A stretch of 37,815 nucleotides of DNA. It comes from a virus (lineage: Duplodnaviria; Caudoviricetes). The translations under genes were made by a program, and so were the position numbers. This document shows positions 1 through 7,998 of this stretch, piece after piece. The first letter of the stretch is position 1, and each line of letters starts with the position of its first letter. The stretch spans positions 1 to 37,815 of IMG/VR virus record IMGVR_UViG_3300028588_000053; one strand, given 5' to 3'. Under the pieces are notes generated by a model that saw only the letters and a program-made list of their open reading frames with translations, made no database searches and had not been told where the DNA came from.

Positions 1-41
1 GCAAGCCGGCTCATGAAGGGCACAAAGCAGTAGCCGGCGCG

Positions 42-323
42 TCAACCGCGCCCGACTGCCCCCCTGCCCTTCTTGGTCAGCAAATCGCTAATCGCTTCCT
101 CCAACAGCGCTTGGACCGTCGTGTTGCCCTCGGCCGCGAGAATGCGGAGTTGTGTGGAAACCTCGGGCGGGAAATGCCCTCCGATGAGCTTGGTCCCTTC
201 CCTGCCCGCTGTCCGCGCGCGCGGCGCCGCCTTCGGTGTCGTGTCGATCGCCGGCACCGGCTCGGGTGCTTCCTTCACGGCGCGGCTCAGAACCGCTTGG
301 AGCGAGTTAACTTTGGCCTTCAT
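42..323 (-). CDS. Ribbon-helix-helix partition protein (ParG-like centromere-binding partner of ParA)
   Basis: 93 aa; low-complexity N-terminal tail then beta strand (KLIGGHF) and two helices; ATGA overlap with parA stop; type Ib par layout. Confidence 0.8.
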   Translation of the reverse strand: MKAKVNSLQAVLSRAVKEAPEPVPAIDTTPKAAPRARTAGREGTKLIGGHFPPEVSTQLRILAAEGNTTVQALLEEAISDLLTKKGRGAVGRG

Positions 324-961
324 TTCTTCGAACCCTTCTTGCGCGGGTTTATCTGTATACGTGCATACTCGTATAGGCGTTGTATTTCCGACGCTGCCGG
401 GCCGCTCGGCTCGAATTCCTGCACCGCGAGGCCTGCGGCCTGCGCTCGGAAGAACGCTTTGCGGTTGCCGATCGTCACCGGGCAGACGGTCGCGCCGAGC
501 TGCTCGATAGCGGCGATCGCGTCGGTCGTTTCCTGCCCCTGAGGCGGTACGAAAGTGAGGACGACGGCGGCAGGCTTATCGAGCTGCTTCACGACATCGA
601 GCGTGTGCGTCATCGACATCGTATCGAACACAGCGGTCTTTGTCGGGATCAGCACAAGGTCGGAATGTTGTGCGGCCTGATAGGCGACATCGCGCGCGAC
701 AGCGGCCCCGTCGATGATGACGAGATCGGTGCCCTCCTTCTCGCAGGCTGCGATGATCGCGCCCAGCCGCACCGCTTGGATAGAGACAACTGCCGGCGTC
801 TCGGCATCGCGCACGTCGCTCCAAAACGCTGCGGTCGCCTGCGGATCGAGATCGAGGATGGCGACGCTTTGCCCGGCCTGCTCGGCAGCGACGGCAAGAC
901 ACGTCGCAAGCGTGGTTTTTCCAACGCCTCCCTTTTGGGAGAGGATTGCCAGAACCTTCAT
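320..961 (-). CDS. parA: ParA/ParF-type Walker A partition ATPase
   Basis: Deviant Walker A KGGVGKTT, A' DLDPQ, Walker B LVIID; 213 aa with no N-terminal HTH (type Ib). Confidence 0.95.
   Translation of the reverse strand: MKVLAILSQKGGVGKTTLATCLAVAAEQAGQSVAILDLDPQATAAFWSDVRDAETPAVVSIQAVRLGAIIAACEKEGTDLVIIDGAAVARDVAYQAAQHSDLVLIPTKTAVFDTMSMTHTLDVVKQLDKPAAVVLTFVPPQGQETTDAIAAIEQLGATVCPVTIGNRKAFFRAQAAGLAVQEFEPSGPAASEIQRLYEYARIQINPRKKGSKK
347..378. repeat. 8-bp-period array (parS-like copy) inside the parA 3' end, upstream of the RHH gene
   Basis: gtttatct gtatacgt gcatactc gtataggc; same consensus as the 974-1037 array. Confidence 0.5.
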
Positions 962-973
962 TCCTGCCCTTTC

Positions 974-1037
974 GTATAACCCTATAGCTGTATGCGTGTA
1001 TACGCTGCTACGATTATACGTCTAGCTCGGCATAGCT
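974..1037. promoter_or_regulatory. Putative par centromere/operator: eight tandem degenerate octamers (consensus GTATACGT)
   Basis: gtataacc ctatagct gtatgcgt gtatacgc tgctacga ttatacgt ctagctcg gcatagct directly upstream of parA; 8-bp periodicity as in ParG-bound type Ib centromere/operator arrays. Confidence 0.7.
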
Positions 1038-1996
1038 CAAAAGCGGATGCGCTCAACCTCGTCGAGTGTGATCGCATCCATGCGGCGATCGTAGAGCTGT
1101 GTCGTACGCGGGGACGCGTGGTTCGCCATATGCTGCGCCTGTTCCAGCGTGCCGCCAGCCCCTCGGAAGATGGTAATCCCGGTCGCGCGGAAGCTATGCG
1201 CACCGATCTTGGTGCGAATGCCGGTTGCCTTCGCGCGGCGCTGGATCATCGCGAATACCGACTGTTGCGGCATGGCGGTTCCGCTGAGCGCGCCAGTGCC
1301 GCGCGCGATCGTCTGGAACAGCGGGGCGCGGGGCCGATCCATTAGGCGGCATTCGTCCATGTACGCGATCAGCCATTCCTCAAGCCGGTGATGGCATGGC
1401 ATATCGTGCAGCTTGCCGCCTTTCTCATGAAGGCGGACCCACAAGCGACGGCCCTGCACATAGGCATCCTCGACCTTCATGCCGGTCGCGGCACCCACGC
1501 GCGCGAAGGTGTAGACCATGAGGCCGATCAACGCGCGATCGCGCAGGCCGATCGGCGTCGATACGTCGATCGCCGCAATGATATCGTGCATCTCCTCGGG
1601 GGAGAGGGCAGGCGTCTTGCCGCGCTTGGTGCTGTAGCTCGGGCCGCGTACCGATGCGGCCGGGTTATGCGGCACGATCTGCCCGACGACCAGCCAATCG
1701 AACAGGCTGCGGATTCCGGCGAGCTGTTGCTTGACGGTCGGCGCCGACAGGGTGCGGCCTTGCAGCTCGATCCAACTGGCGACGTGGATCGGCGCGATCG
1801 CGGCGAGCTCGGCGACGCCGGCGCCCTCGCACCACGCGAGGAAGTCCCGCACCGCGTTGGTATAGGCGCGCCGCGTGTTCGGGTTGCGGATCGAGACGGC
1901 GAAGAATTCGAGGAAGCGCACACGCGCGCGATCGCCGGCAGTATCGACCAGCGCGGGAAGGGTGAGGGCAGGGGAGGCGAGGGCAGGAACGGTCAT
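1037..1996 (-). CDS. Xer-like tyrosine recombinase (probable multimer resolvase)
   Basis: Catalytic set R (YTFARVG), K (EKGGK), HxxR (HSFR), H (ANH), Y (TTQLY); 319 aa; no arm-binding domain. Confidence 0.9.
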   Translation of the reverse strand: MTVPALASPALTLPALVDTAGDRARVRFLEFFAVSIRNPNTRRAYTNAVRDFLAWCEGAGVAELAAIAPIHVASWIELQGRTLSAPTVKQQLAGIRSLFDWLVVGQIVPHNPAASVRGPSYSTKRGKTPALSPEEMHDIIAAIDVSTPIGLRDRALIGLMVYTFARVGAATGMKVEDAYVQGRRLWVRLHEKGGKLHDMPCHHRLEEWLIAYMDECRLMDRPRAPLFQTIARGTGALSGTAMPQQSVFAMIQRRAKATGIRTKIGAHSFRATGITIFRGAGGTLEQAQHMANHASPRTTQLYDRRMDAITLDEVERIRF

Positions 1997-2331
1997 TGCG
2001 GCCCTAGCACGAACACAAGTCGTCCGGACTCGGCCTTGGCAGCATATATGACGCCGTTGTCGTTCCGCGCATTGTCGAAAAAGTGAGACGCGCCGCCCAT
2101 CCGTTCTAGGATGTCTGGCCCGACTTCTACGCTTTCCAAGCGGATGCCTGCGGCCGAGGCCTCTCGCGCAACCGTTTCAGATGTAGCTCGGACATCCTCA
2201 ATGGACCAATCCGAGGCATCAACCCCCGTGAACGCACCTCGCCCGAACTCCCGGTTGAGGACACCCAGACTGACGACAAGCTGGACTAGCTCCATATTTA
2301 CGCCTTGGAATTTCATCGCGCCCTCGCTCAT
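1993..2331 (-). CDS. Hypothetical protein
   Basis: 112 aa; ATGA overlaps with both neighbours. Confidence 0.6.
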   Translation of the reverse strand: MSEGAMKFQGVNMELVQLVVSLGVLNREFGRGAFTGVDASDWSIEDVRATSETVAREASAAGIRLESVEVGPDILERMGGASHFFDNARNDNGVIYAAKAESGRLVFVLGPQ

Positions 2332-2579
2332 CGGTTAGACCGTTCCGCCTTCCACACTTTGAACGCCTCGGCGTGTGTTCGACACAGATCCTTACCGGGA
2401 GCCGGTGACGTTGTGCAAACGGTGCAGACCGGCTTGTCACAGGTGCCGGTCTTCTTCCCCGGCACCTTCCAATCACAGACAAGGTACGCCCAACGCCCGC
2501 ACGCGCATCGCGGTTGACTCGCCGTGGTGCAGACGATCGCGGCGCGGCCGTCTGACATCGAGACGTGTTCGCAAGCCAT
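2328..2579 (-). CDS. Small Cys-rich (putative zinc-binding) protein
   Basis: MACEHVSM...CACG...CDW...CDKPVCTVC...LCRTH; ATG at 2579 just after the upstream stop. Confidence 0.7.
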   Translation of the reverse strand: MACEHVSMSDGRAAIVCTTASQPRCACGRWAYLVCDWKVPGKKTGTCDKPVCTVCTTSPAPGKDLCRTHAEAFKVWKAERSNR

Positions 2580-2580
2580 C

Positions 2581-2745
2581 TTACGCGTATACATCCTTCC
2601 CACGGGTGGCCGCCTTCGCGCGTCTCTTCGCGGCTGCGGCCTGCCATCGCTTGCCGGCAGGCGATGCGAAGAACACGTCGGAATGCGGGTTTTCCTGTAC
2701 TCGGGGCATGGCCGACAGGGAGCGGGCACGCTGAGCGGCTGTCAT
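2581..2745 (-). CDS. Small basic hypothetical protein
   Basis: 54 aa from an ATG overlapping the upstream stop (ATGA); fills the operon gap. Confidence 0.5.
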   Translation of the reverse strand: MTAAQRARSLSAMPRVQENPHSDVFFASPAGKRWQAAAAKRRAKAATRGKDVYA

Positions 2746-3050
2746 GCCGCATCGCGTTCCAGAGCGGCGATCGTCGCAGCCCGGCGCGCGTATGTGGGAT
2801 CGACTACCTCGCCGCCCTTTTGCGCATGCCACGACAGTCGGCCGTGTTTGATCCAATCTGCCGGCAGCTCGAACAGCCCGAAGCGCAAGCACGGCTCGAT
2901 GTCGCGGGGATGCTCGGCGAGGTAGGAGATCATCGCACCGGCGGTTTCCATGCCGCCTACGCCGGCCTGCGCGGCGAACGTCTCGGCGATATGAGCGATA
3001 CGCTCGATCACGACGCGGGCGGCTTCGAAGTCGAGATTATCGAGGCTCAT
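2742..3050 (-). CDS. Hypothetical protein
   Basis: MSLDNLDFEAAR...; ATGA overlaps at both ends. Confidence 0.65.
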   Translation of the reverse strand: MSLDNLDFEAARVVIERIAHIAETFAAQAGVGGMETAGAMISYLAEHPRDIEPCLRFGLFELPADWIKHGRLSWHAQKGGEVVDPTYARRAATIAALERDAA

Positions 3051-3766
3051 GGCTGCGCCCCAAGCGTGGTGTCGATCAGATCTACAACCGTTTCTGCCGG
3101 CCGCGTGGCGTCGCACCATAGCGTGTCCTTCGCCGCCTGGACGATCGCGGCGCGCGATTGTTGGAGCGCTAGCGTCAGATCGCCCACCTTGTTCAACAGG
3201 TCGGTGACGATCTCGACCGGGCTATCTGCCGGCGTCCAGCCAGCGAGCGGCCCGCCCGGCCTTGCCACATCGGAAATTACCTCGAGCAATTCGCGGCCGA
3301 CACCCGCCATGTCGCGGACCTCGGCCAGTGCGGTCGTATAGCCCTGTTCCTTCCATGTCGGCGCGGCGTCCTCGATCGTGGCGAGGATATCGGCCATGTC
3401 GCTCGCAGGAATGGTGTCAGCCTTCGGCGTGACCGGAGCGAATGAGATCGGTTTCAGGCCGCGAAAGCTATTCGATATGCCTTCGACCGCACGGCGCAGC
3501 TTCTCAACTTGCTCCGGTGGTATAGGCGGTATCTCGATCGTCATAGTCTGTTTGATCTTCGACCGCTCCGCACTCACGCCAGCGCTGGTTTCAGCGCTCT
3601 CTTTGCACGCGGTCGATACGGCTTCCATCGCGCAAGCCTTGCCGAAGATCAGATTACTATCGCGGATCAAGCCGATCCCAAAATCGCGCATCTGCGCAGT
3701 CATCTTCTCGCGCGTGCTGGCGGCGATCCGGTCGCCATACTGCTCTAGCGTCTCCCCCATCTTCAA
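3047..3766 (-). CDS. Hypothetical protein
   Basis: 239 aa helical-looking ORF coupled to both neighbours. Confidence 0.6.
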   Translation of the reverse strand: MKMGETLEQYGDRIAASTREKMTAQMRDFGIGLIRDSNLIFGKACAMEAVSTACKESAETSAGVSAERSKIKQTMTIEIPPIPPEQVEKLRRAVEGISNSFRGLKPISFAPVTPKADTIPASDMADILATIEDAAPTWKEQGYTTALAEVRDMAGVGRELLEVISDVARPGGPLAGWTPADSPVEIVTDLLNKVGDLTLALQQSRAAIVQAAKDTLWCDATRPAETVVDLIDTTLGAQP

Positions 3767-4023
3767 CCTTCCCCCTCAATGATTGTCCATTCGAGAATAG
3801 ACCCGCCACAGCCCGCAGTCGGGTGATGGTGGCGGGATGGCGCGCGCAGAAACCCTTCGCGCTGCAACGTCCGCAACTCGCGCCGAGATCGATCTAAGTC
3901 CCAGCCAAACCGCTTGCTGACATTGTCTGTGTTCACCGTTCCCCCGATGCGCCGGATGAAGGCGATTAGGGTTTCGCTACCGATCGTAACGACGTTGCTC
4001 GATCGCTGTGTTGCTGCCGCCAT
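3763..4023 (-). CDS. Putative winged-helix DNA-binding protein
   Basis: TLIAFIRRIGGTVNTDNVSKRFGWDLDRSRRELRTLQREGFL...W looks like a wHTH; ATG 4023 preferred because the longer start runs through the recombination site. Confidence 0.5.
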   Translation of the reverse strand: MAAATQRSSNVVTIGSETLIAFIRRIGGTVNTDNVSKRFGWDLDRSRRELRTLQREGFLRAPSRHHHPTAGCGGSILEWTIIEGEG

Positions 4024-4052
4024 ACACTCGCTGGCATCGCCAGCCCCTTCAT

Positions 4053-4080
4053 TAGTGTGATAATGTCCTTTATCACATAT
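4053..4080. other. dif-like tyrosine-recombinase crossover site
   Basis: TGTGATAA-tgtcct-TTATCACA (4056-4077): perfect 8-bp inverted arms, 6-bp asymmetric spacer, ATAA-N6-TTAT core as in dif; upstream of the operon ending in the recombinase. Confidence 0.75.
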
Positions 4081-4156
4081 ACGACTGCCCGCAAACACAC
4101 CGGAGGAATGGACGGCCGAAAAGCGCGCATAGCAACGTTATGCATGCTGTAATTTA

Positions 4157-4185
4157 TTGCGGTTTAGAGAAGGCCTCCCCTACAT
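4157..4185 (+). promoter_or_regulatory. Putative promoter of the small-peptide mRNA
   Basis: TTGCGG-N17-CTACAT after an AT-rich tract; predicted start near 4192, where the first hairpin begins. Confidence 0.45.
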
Positions 4186-4265
4186 GGGGGTTCCCCTGCA
4201 AAGGGGGTTAGCGGCGCCACGTTCGCGTGGTTTGTCCGTCAACTGGAAGTGAGGTGAGAACTACA

Positions 4266-4337
4266 GTGGAATTCGTTGTCGCTACCGTCCTCGGGGTGGC
4301 GCAGATCATTTTAGCCGTGCTTGCATTGCGCAAGTAA
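4266..4337 (+). CDS. 23-aa hydrophobic peptide, candidate type I toxin (MEFVVATVLGVAQIILAVLALRK)
   Basis: GTG start 9 nt after SD GAGGTG (4251-4256); one TM-length hydrophobic stretch with C-terminal RK; below the ORF-track cutoff. Confidence 0.7.
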   Translation: MEFVVATVLGVAQIILAVLALRK

Positions 4338-4404
4338 GCTGAGGGTCTGTCCCGATGGTGGGTAGGGGGATCGGTCTGGCAGCCGGTCCCCCGAACTGCC
4401 CCAG

Positions 4405-4482
4405 AAACGATGGAGCCCCGGCGCACTGGCATGGCCGGGGCTCTGATCGGTGAGATGACCTAACAGTCTCCTCGTCGTCGCC
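4405..4482 (-). ncRNA. Candidate antisense antitoxin sRNA (~75-80 nt)
   Basis: Lies between a strong minus-strand promoter and the 4413-4443 hairpin; its 5' part is complementary, in colinear blocks, to the SD/start region of the peptide mRNA. Confidence 0.6.
4413..4443. terminator. GC-rich hairpin, probable (possibly bidirectional) terminator
   Basis: gagccccggc-N11-gccggggctc 10-bp stem; followed by catcgtttct on the minus strand. Confidence 0.55.
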
Positions 4483-4487
4483 TCTGT

Positions 4488-4516
4488 AATCTAACGAACC
4501 ATGCGTTAAATTTCAA
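4488..4516 (-). promoter_or_regulatory. sigma70-type promoter for the antisense RNA
   Basis: TTGAAA-N17-TAGATT on the minus strand; predicted start about 4481-4482. Confidence 0.7.
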
Positions 4517-4569
4517 CTATCTCCGGCCACACGGGAAATAAGGGCTTAGCTCGCGCCCAAATTGGTCTA

Positions 4570-4593
4570 AGATACGTGTATACACGTATGCGT
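4570..4593. repeat. parS-like octamer array with an 18-bp perfect palindrome
   Basis: agatacgt gtatacac gtatgcgt; ATACGTGTATACACGTAT palindrome at 4572-4589, right after the gene S stop. Confidence 0.6.
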
Positions 4594-4594
4594 G

Positions 4595-5254
4595 TCAGCG
4601 CTCGAAATGCGCTGCCAGCATGTTCAACACCATCGTCTGATCGGCCGAGCTGAGGCCGAGCAGCACGCGCCGCGCATAGCGGATTTCCTTCGCGCCCGGT
4701 GCTGGCCGATCGCGCTTGCCGTCTTGGTGGATGGAGGCGATGCGCGAGGCCGCGCCGGAGAAGCCAACCCATGCCTCATTGGCGTCGCCGCCCGACTTTA
4801 GGAATCGCGTCGTCGAGAGCTTCTGAAACATGCGCTTCTGCCGTAGCCGGCCGACCCGCTGCATTTGCCCCGTCACGCCGGTTTCGCCGGCATCGAGCGG
4901 GAGGAACCGAACGATGCGATCCCAACGGAAGGTTCGCACTGCGCCCTTGGTGCTATCCCAGCCGGCGAACTCGGCGCCGCGATGCACCCATGAGCGCACA
5001 AGCACGAGACGCGGATCGGCCGCGCCCTTGGGGTATAGGAATTTGAGGGGATGCGCGCCGGGCTTGTCGGCCGTGCGCTCCCTACGCGGTGCGAACTTCT
5101 CGCCATCCGGCTCTTCCTGCCGCTGGATTCGCGTGCGCTGGCTGGACTGCACCGCGCGCGCGATCGACGTGAGCAGCTTGCGCCGCTCGGCATTCGCGAC
5201 GCGCCGGAGCATGGAGCTTGCCAGCTTCTCGATCTCGGCGAAATCGTCGCTCAT
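4595..5254 (-). CDS. gpS: Tail completion / virion morphogenesis protein (P2 gpS)
   Basis: RIQRQEEPDGEKFAPR and RIASIHQDG...YARRVLLG motifs; follows R. Confidence 0.9.
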   Translation of the reverse strand: MSDDFAEIEKLASSMLRRVANAERRKLLTSIARAVQSSQRTRIQRQEEPDGEKFAPRRERTADKPGAHPLKFLYPKGAADPRLVLVRSWVHRGAEFAGWDSTKGAVRTFRWDRIVRFLPLDAGETGVTGQMQRVGRLRQKRMFQKLSTTRFLKSGGDANEAWVGFSGAASRIASIHQDGKRDRPAPGAKEIRYARRVLLGLSSADQTMVLNMLAAHFER

Positions 5255-5748
5255 TGCGCGGTGTCGGGGATGACGAGCTGCATCCCGCTCACAAGATCCT
5301 TGACGATCAGGCGGGCGACGGAGGTGTCGGCCGGGATGCCGGGGAAACGATCGGACATCGCCGCGTCGATCTTGTGCGTGACCTTCCAGTTACCGCCTTC
5401 GCGGTTCACGATCACGCGCTCGGTAAGCTCGATCGAAACCTCGATATCCATCGCGTTCGTGTCGAGCAGGTCCATTTCGAAGCCGAAGGCGTCGCCATTG
5501 GCCTGCCGCGTGATCTCGGTTTGGTTCTCGGTCGCCCATGCCACCAATGGCACAAAGATGAGATCGGGATCGCCGGCGAAGTCCTGAACCATGAGCGTCG
5601 CCGTATAGCGATACTCGAAAGACATGGTTGCGCCCGACACCGCACCGATCCGGCCCTTGGAGGCGTAGACGGACAGGTTTTCCGGCTTCGTGGCAAGGCC
5701 GGGCACGGTCTGCATCAGGAGCGCGCGAAGCGCCTCCAACTTCCTCAC
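5251..5748 (-). CDS. gpR: Tail completion protein (P2 gpR)
   Basis: PENLSVY, SFEYRYT, IELTERVIV motifs; GTG start overlaps the spanin stop. Confidence 0.9.
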   Translation of the reverse strand: MRKLEALRALLMQTVPGLATKPENLSVYASKGRIGAVSGATMSFEYRYTATLMVQDFAGDPDLIFVPLVAWATENQTEITRQANGDAFGFEMDLLDTNAMDIEVSIELTERVIVNREGGNWKVTHKIDAAMSDRFPGIPADTSVARLIVKDLVSGMQLVIPDTAQ

Positions 5749-6065
5749 GGCTTGGGCGCCGGGCAGGCGTCGGGCTTCTCCCACGCGATCAGGCGGCCGA
5801 GCTGATCGGATACCGCACGGAAGGCACCGGCAAGCCGGATGATGGCGGCGCGGACCTCGGGGCCGATCGTCGCGGTTTCGTCCTGGGGGAAGCCTGCCGG
5901 CGCCGTGGGGCAGGCCAACAGCTCGGCCGGGGGCGTATCCTTCACGACGACAGCGGCAGGCGGCGCGGGCGGCAGGGATTCAACGTGCGGGTGCGTGCAG
6001 CCCGCCAGTGCCATTGAGAGAAGCGAACCAACCGCCACCAACTTGATTATCCGAACCGATCGCAT
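5745..6065 (-). CDS. Outer-membrane spanin (LysC/Rz1-like lipoprotein)
   Basis: Signal peptide with lipobox LAGC, Pro-rich PPAELLACP; overlaps the 3' end of the i-spanin in another frame. Confidence 0.8.
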   Translation of the reverse strand: MRSVRIIKLVAVGSLLSMALAGCTHPHVESLPPAPPAAVVVKDTPPAELLACPTAPAGFPQDETATIGPEVRAAIIRLAGAFRAVSDQLGRLIAWEKPDACPAPKP

Positions 6066-6561
6066 CGTTTGCTTTCTCCATTGAAGCCGCTGCGGATTTC
6101 GCCGCGGCTGAATTCGTCTCGGCCTGCGCGGCATCGCGCGCGGCCTTCGTGTCGCGCTCCTTGGCCGCTTGCGCGAGGATGGTGGCGGTTTGGATCGCGG
6201 TGTTGCGCTCTTCGCCGGCGAGCTGCGCGACGCGCGCCTGACAGAGCGCGCCGGGCTTCGCCTTGCCGTTCGCGCCCGCGTAGGGCGAACCGGCAGACGC
6301 ACACGCCGTCTCGATCCAGTGGTTGAGCGTGGCGATTTGGCCGTCGCGATCGTGGCGGCCGATCGCGCCCCATGCGTAGAGGGCCGCGCCCGCGATGGAG
6401 AGGGCGAAGAACACCGCTTCCTTGCGGTGCCCTTCAAGGAACGACAGCACGGCACCGCCATATTTCACGGCGAGCGCCGCGAGTCCGGCGCCGGGCACCA
6501 GCGCGGCGAGGGCGGACGTGAGCATATGCGCGGAGATCCACGCGAGCAGGGTGGCAATCAT
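5980..6561 (-). CDS. Inner-membrane spanin (LysB/Rz-like)
   Basis: N-terminal hydrophobic segments then an Ala-rich coiled coil; directly after the endolysin. Confidence 0.7.
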   Translation of the reverse strand: MIATLLAWISAHMLTSALAALVPGAGLAALAVKYGGAVLSFLEGHRKEAVFFALSIAGAALYAWGAIGRHDRDGQIATLNHWIETACASAGSPYAGANGKAKPGALCQARVAQLAGEERNTAIQTATILAQAAKERDTKAARDAAQAETNSAAAKSAAASMEKANDAIGSDNQVGGGWFASLNGTGGLHAPAR

Positions 6562-7103
6562 GCCGAAGGGCTCCGATCGAGAACACGGTTGCGGATTTGG
6601 CCGAAGATGAAGGCGCCTTGGCTGGGGTTGGCCTCAACCAGCTCGACGTAGCGAACGCCCTGCATGTCGTTGATCATCTCGACCAACACGGCTTCGCCGT
6701 CCTGCGCCTTGCGCTGCACCATGTAGCTATCCAGAACGACAAGCGTACCGGAGCCGATCACGCCGTCACACACGACCGGCAAGGCCGTGAGGACGTGGAG
6801 CGCGCGTTGCAGGAACTTCGCAGCGGCGACGACGCCCATGTTAACGCCGGTGTCGAACAGCTCGCCGGCGACGTGCGGGACACGCTGCGCGACCCGATCG
6901 AAGCCGGGGCCGGTCCAATAGCTCTTGAGATAGATCGAGCGCGCCAGCGCGATCGGTAAGACACGCATGTCGCCGGCGTATCCATTGGCGCGTGCTACGG
7001 CTTGCGTGATGCCGTAGCGGGTCGGGCCGCCCCGGTCTGAGGGATTGTCGACGTAACCGCCTTCGCGGACGATCAGCGCCTCGATTTGCTGGGCGGGTGT
7101 CAT
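6558..7103 (-). CDS. Endolysin, glycoside hydrolase family 108 with peptidoglycan-binding domain
   Basis: EGGYVDNPSDRGGPTRYGIT and FDTGVNMG motifs; ATG 7103 overlaps the holin stop. Confidence 0.92.
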   Translation of the reverse strand: MTPAQQIEALIVREGGYVDNPSDRGGPTRYGITQAVARANGYAGDMRVLPIALARSIYLKSYWTGPGFDRVAQRVPHVAGELFDTGVNMGVVAAAKFLQRALHVLTALPVVCDGVIGSGTLVVLDSYMVQRKAQDGEAVLVEMINDMQGVRYVELVEANPSQGAFIFGQIRNRVLDRSPSA

Positions 7104-7447
7104 TCGGCGTCCGCCTTCGCGAGACCGACCTTGGCGAGCAGCCGGCTGGGCAGGCCGCCAGCCGAACTGACGGCGCTGGCAATGAAGGCCGGCGTTGCCC
7201 GGAACGCGACCATTGCGACCATGAAGCCGATCGACTGATTGACGAACGGATCGAGGTGGAAGACGGCCGACATGCCGCCAGTGACGTAGTAGGACACACA
7301 GATGCCCACGACCCATTGGATGAGCCGCTGCCCCCATGACAGGCCGCTCTCCCATACCTGAGCGATGGCAGACCCGATCGCGGGCGCGGCGAGCGCGCCG
7401 GCTGCGGTGGTGAGGAAGTGGAGAATATCGTCAAGCGGCTTGGTCAC
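7100..7447 (-). CDS. Holin
   Basis: 115 aa with about 3 hydrophobic segments, between X and endolysin (P2 Y position). Confidence 0.7.
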   Translation of the reverse strand: MTKPLDDILHFLTTAAGALAAPAIGSAIAQVWESGLSWGQRLIQWVVGICVSYYVTGGMSAVFHLDPFVNQSIGFMVAMVAFRATPAFIASAVSSAGGLPSRLLAKVGLAKADAE

Positions 7448-7451
7448 AGGG

Positions 7452-7673
7452 TCAATCCCAAAGCTGGATCAGGGGAAGGGCGGTTTGCGTGGGCGTCGTG
7501 TCGGCCGGGACGTTGACGACGGTTCCCAAGGGCAGGGTGGCGCCAAGCGCGGCGATGCCGGGGTTCAGATCGAGGACGCCGGCGACGTCGTTCGGCCCCA
7601 ATCCGCGCTCGCGCCACAGCAACAGCTCAAGCGTGTCACCTTGCAGCGCGACCAGCGGGACGGTTGCGGCCAT
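7452..7673 (-). CDS. gpX: Tail protein X (P2 gpX)
   Basis: ALQGDTL...VLDLNPGIAALGATLPLGTVVNVP...IQLWD. Confidence 0.9.
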   Translation of the reverse strand: MAATVPLVALQGDTLELLLWRERGLGPNDVAGVLDLNPGIAALGATLPLGTVVNVPADTTPTQTALPLIQLWD

Positions 7674-7975
7674 CAGCGGCGCCGGAAGCCCCGGCCGAAA
7701 TACGACGGGCGGGCATAGGGCCGGACATAGGTGGTGCGGTTGATGATCGTGGTGTGGTGATAGCTTCCGCCATGAAAGCCGCCCGAAAGCGCATGCCCGA
7801 GCATCATGCCGGTGAGCATGGAGGTGGATGGATCGGGCTGCGCGACGACGACGGGCACGACCTCGGCCGCGACGGCAGGGCTGTAGGAACGATCGGCATA
7901 GACGACGGGTTCGCCACAGGCGGCAAGGGAGACGCATGCAGCGGCGAGGATGGAGACGATCAGGACTTTGCGCAT
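7673..7975 (-). CDS. Predicted lipoprotein inserted between L and X
   Basis: MRKVLIVSILAAACVSLAAC lipobox, GMMLGHALSGG glycine motif, Arg-rich tail. Confidence 0.7.
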   Translation of the reverse strand: MRKVLIVSILAAACVSLAACGEPVVYADRSYSPAVAAEVVPVVVAQPDPSTSMLTGMMLGHALSGGFHGGSYHHTTIINRTTYVRPYARPSYFGRGFRRR

Positions 7976-7998
7976 CTTGTGGGCTTTCGTGGAGAGGA

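Noticed and set aside
974-1037. CRISPR-like array
   Set aside because: Units are 8 bp with no spacers and there are no cas genes
1037-1996. Tyrosine recombinase as the prophage integrase
   Set aside because: No arm-binding domain, not beside the repressor, adjacent to par and linked to a simple dif-like site; resolvase fits better, though not excluded
4208-4432. 74-aa minus-strand ORF over the peptide locus
   Set aside because: No SD, starts inside a hairpin loop and has no coding character; the + strand peptide explains the region better
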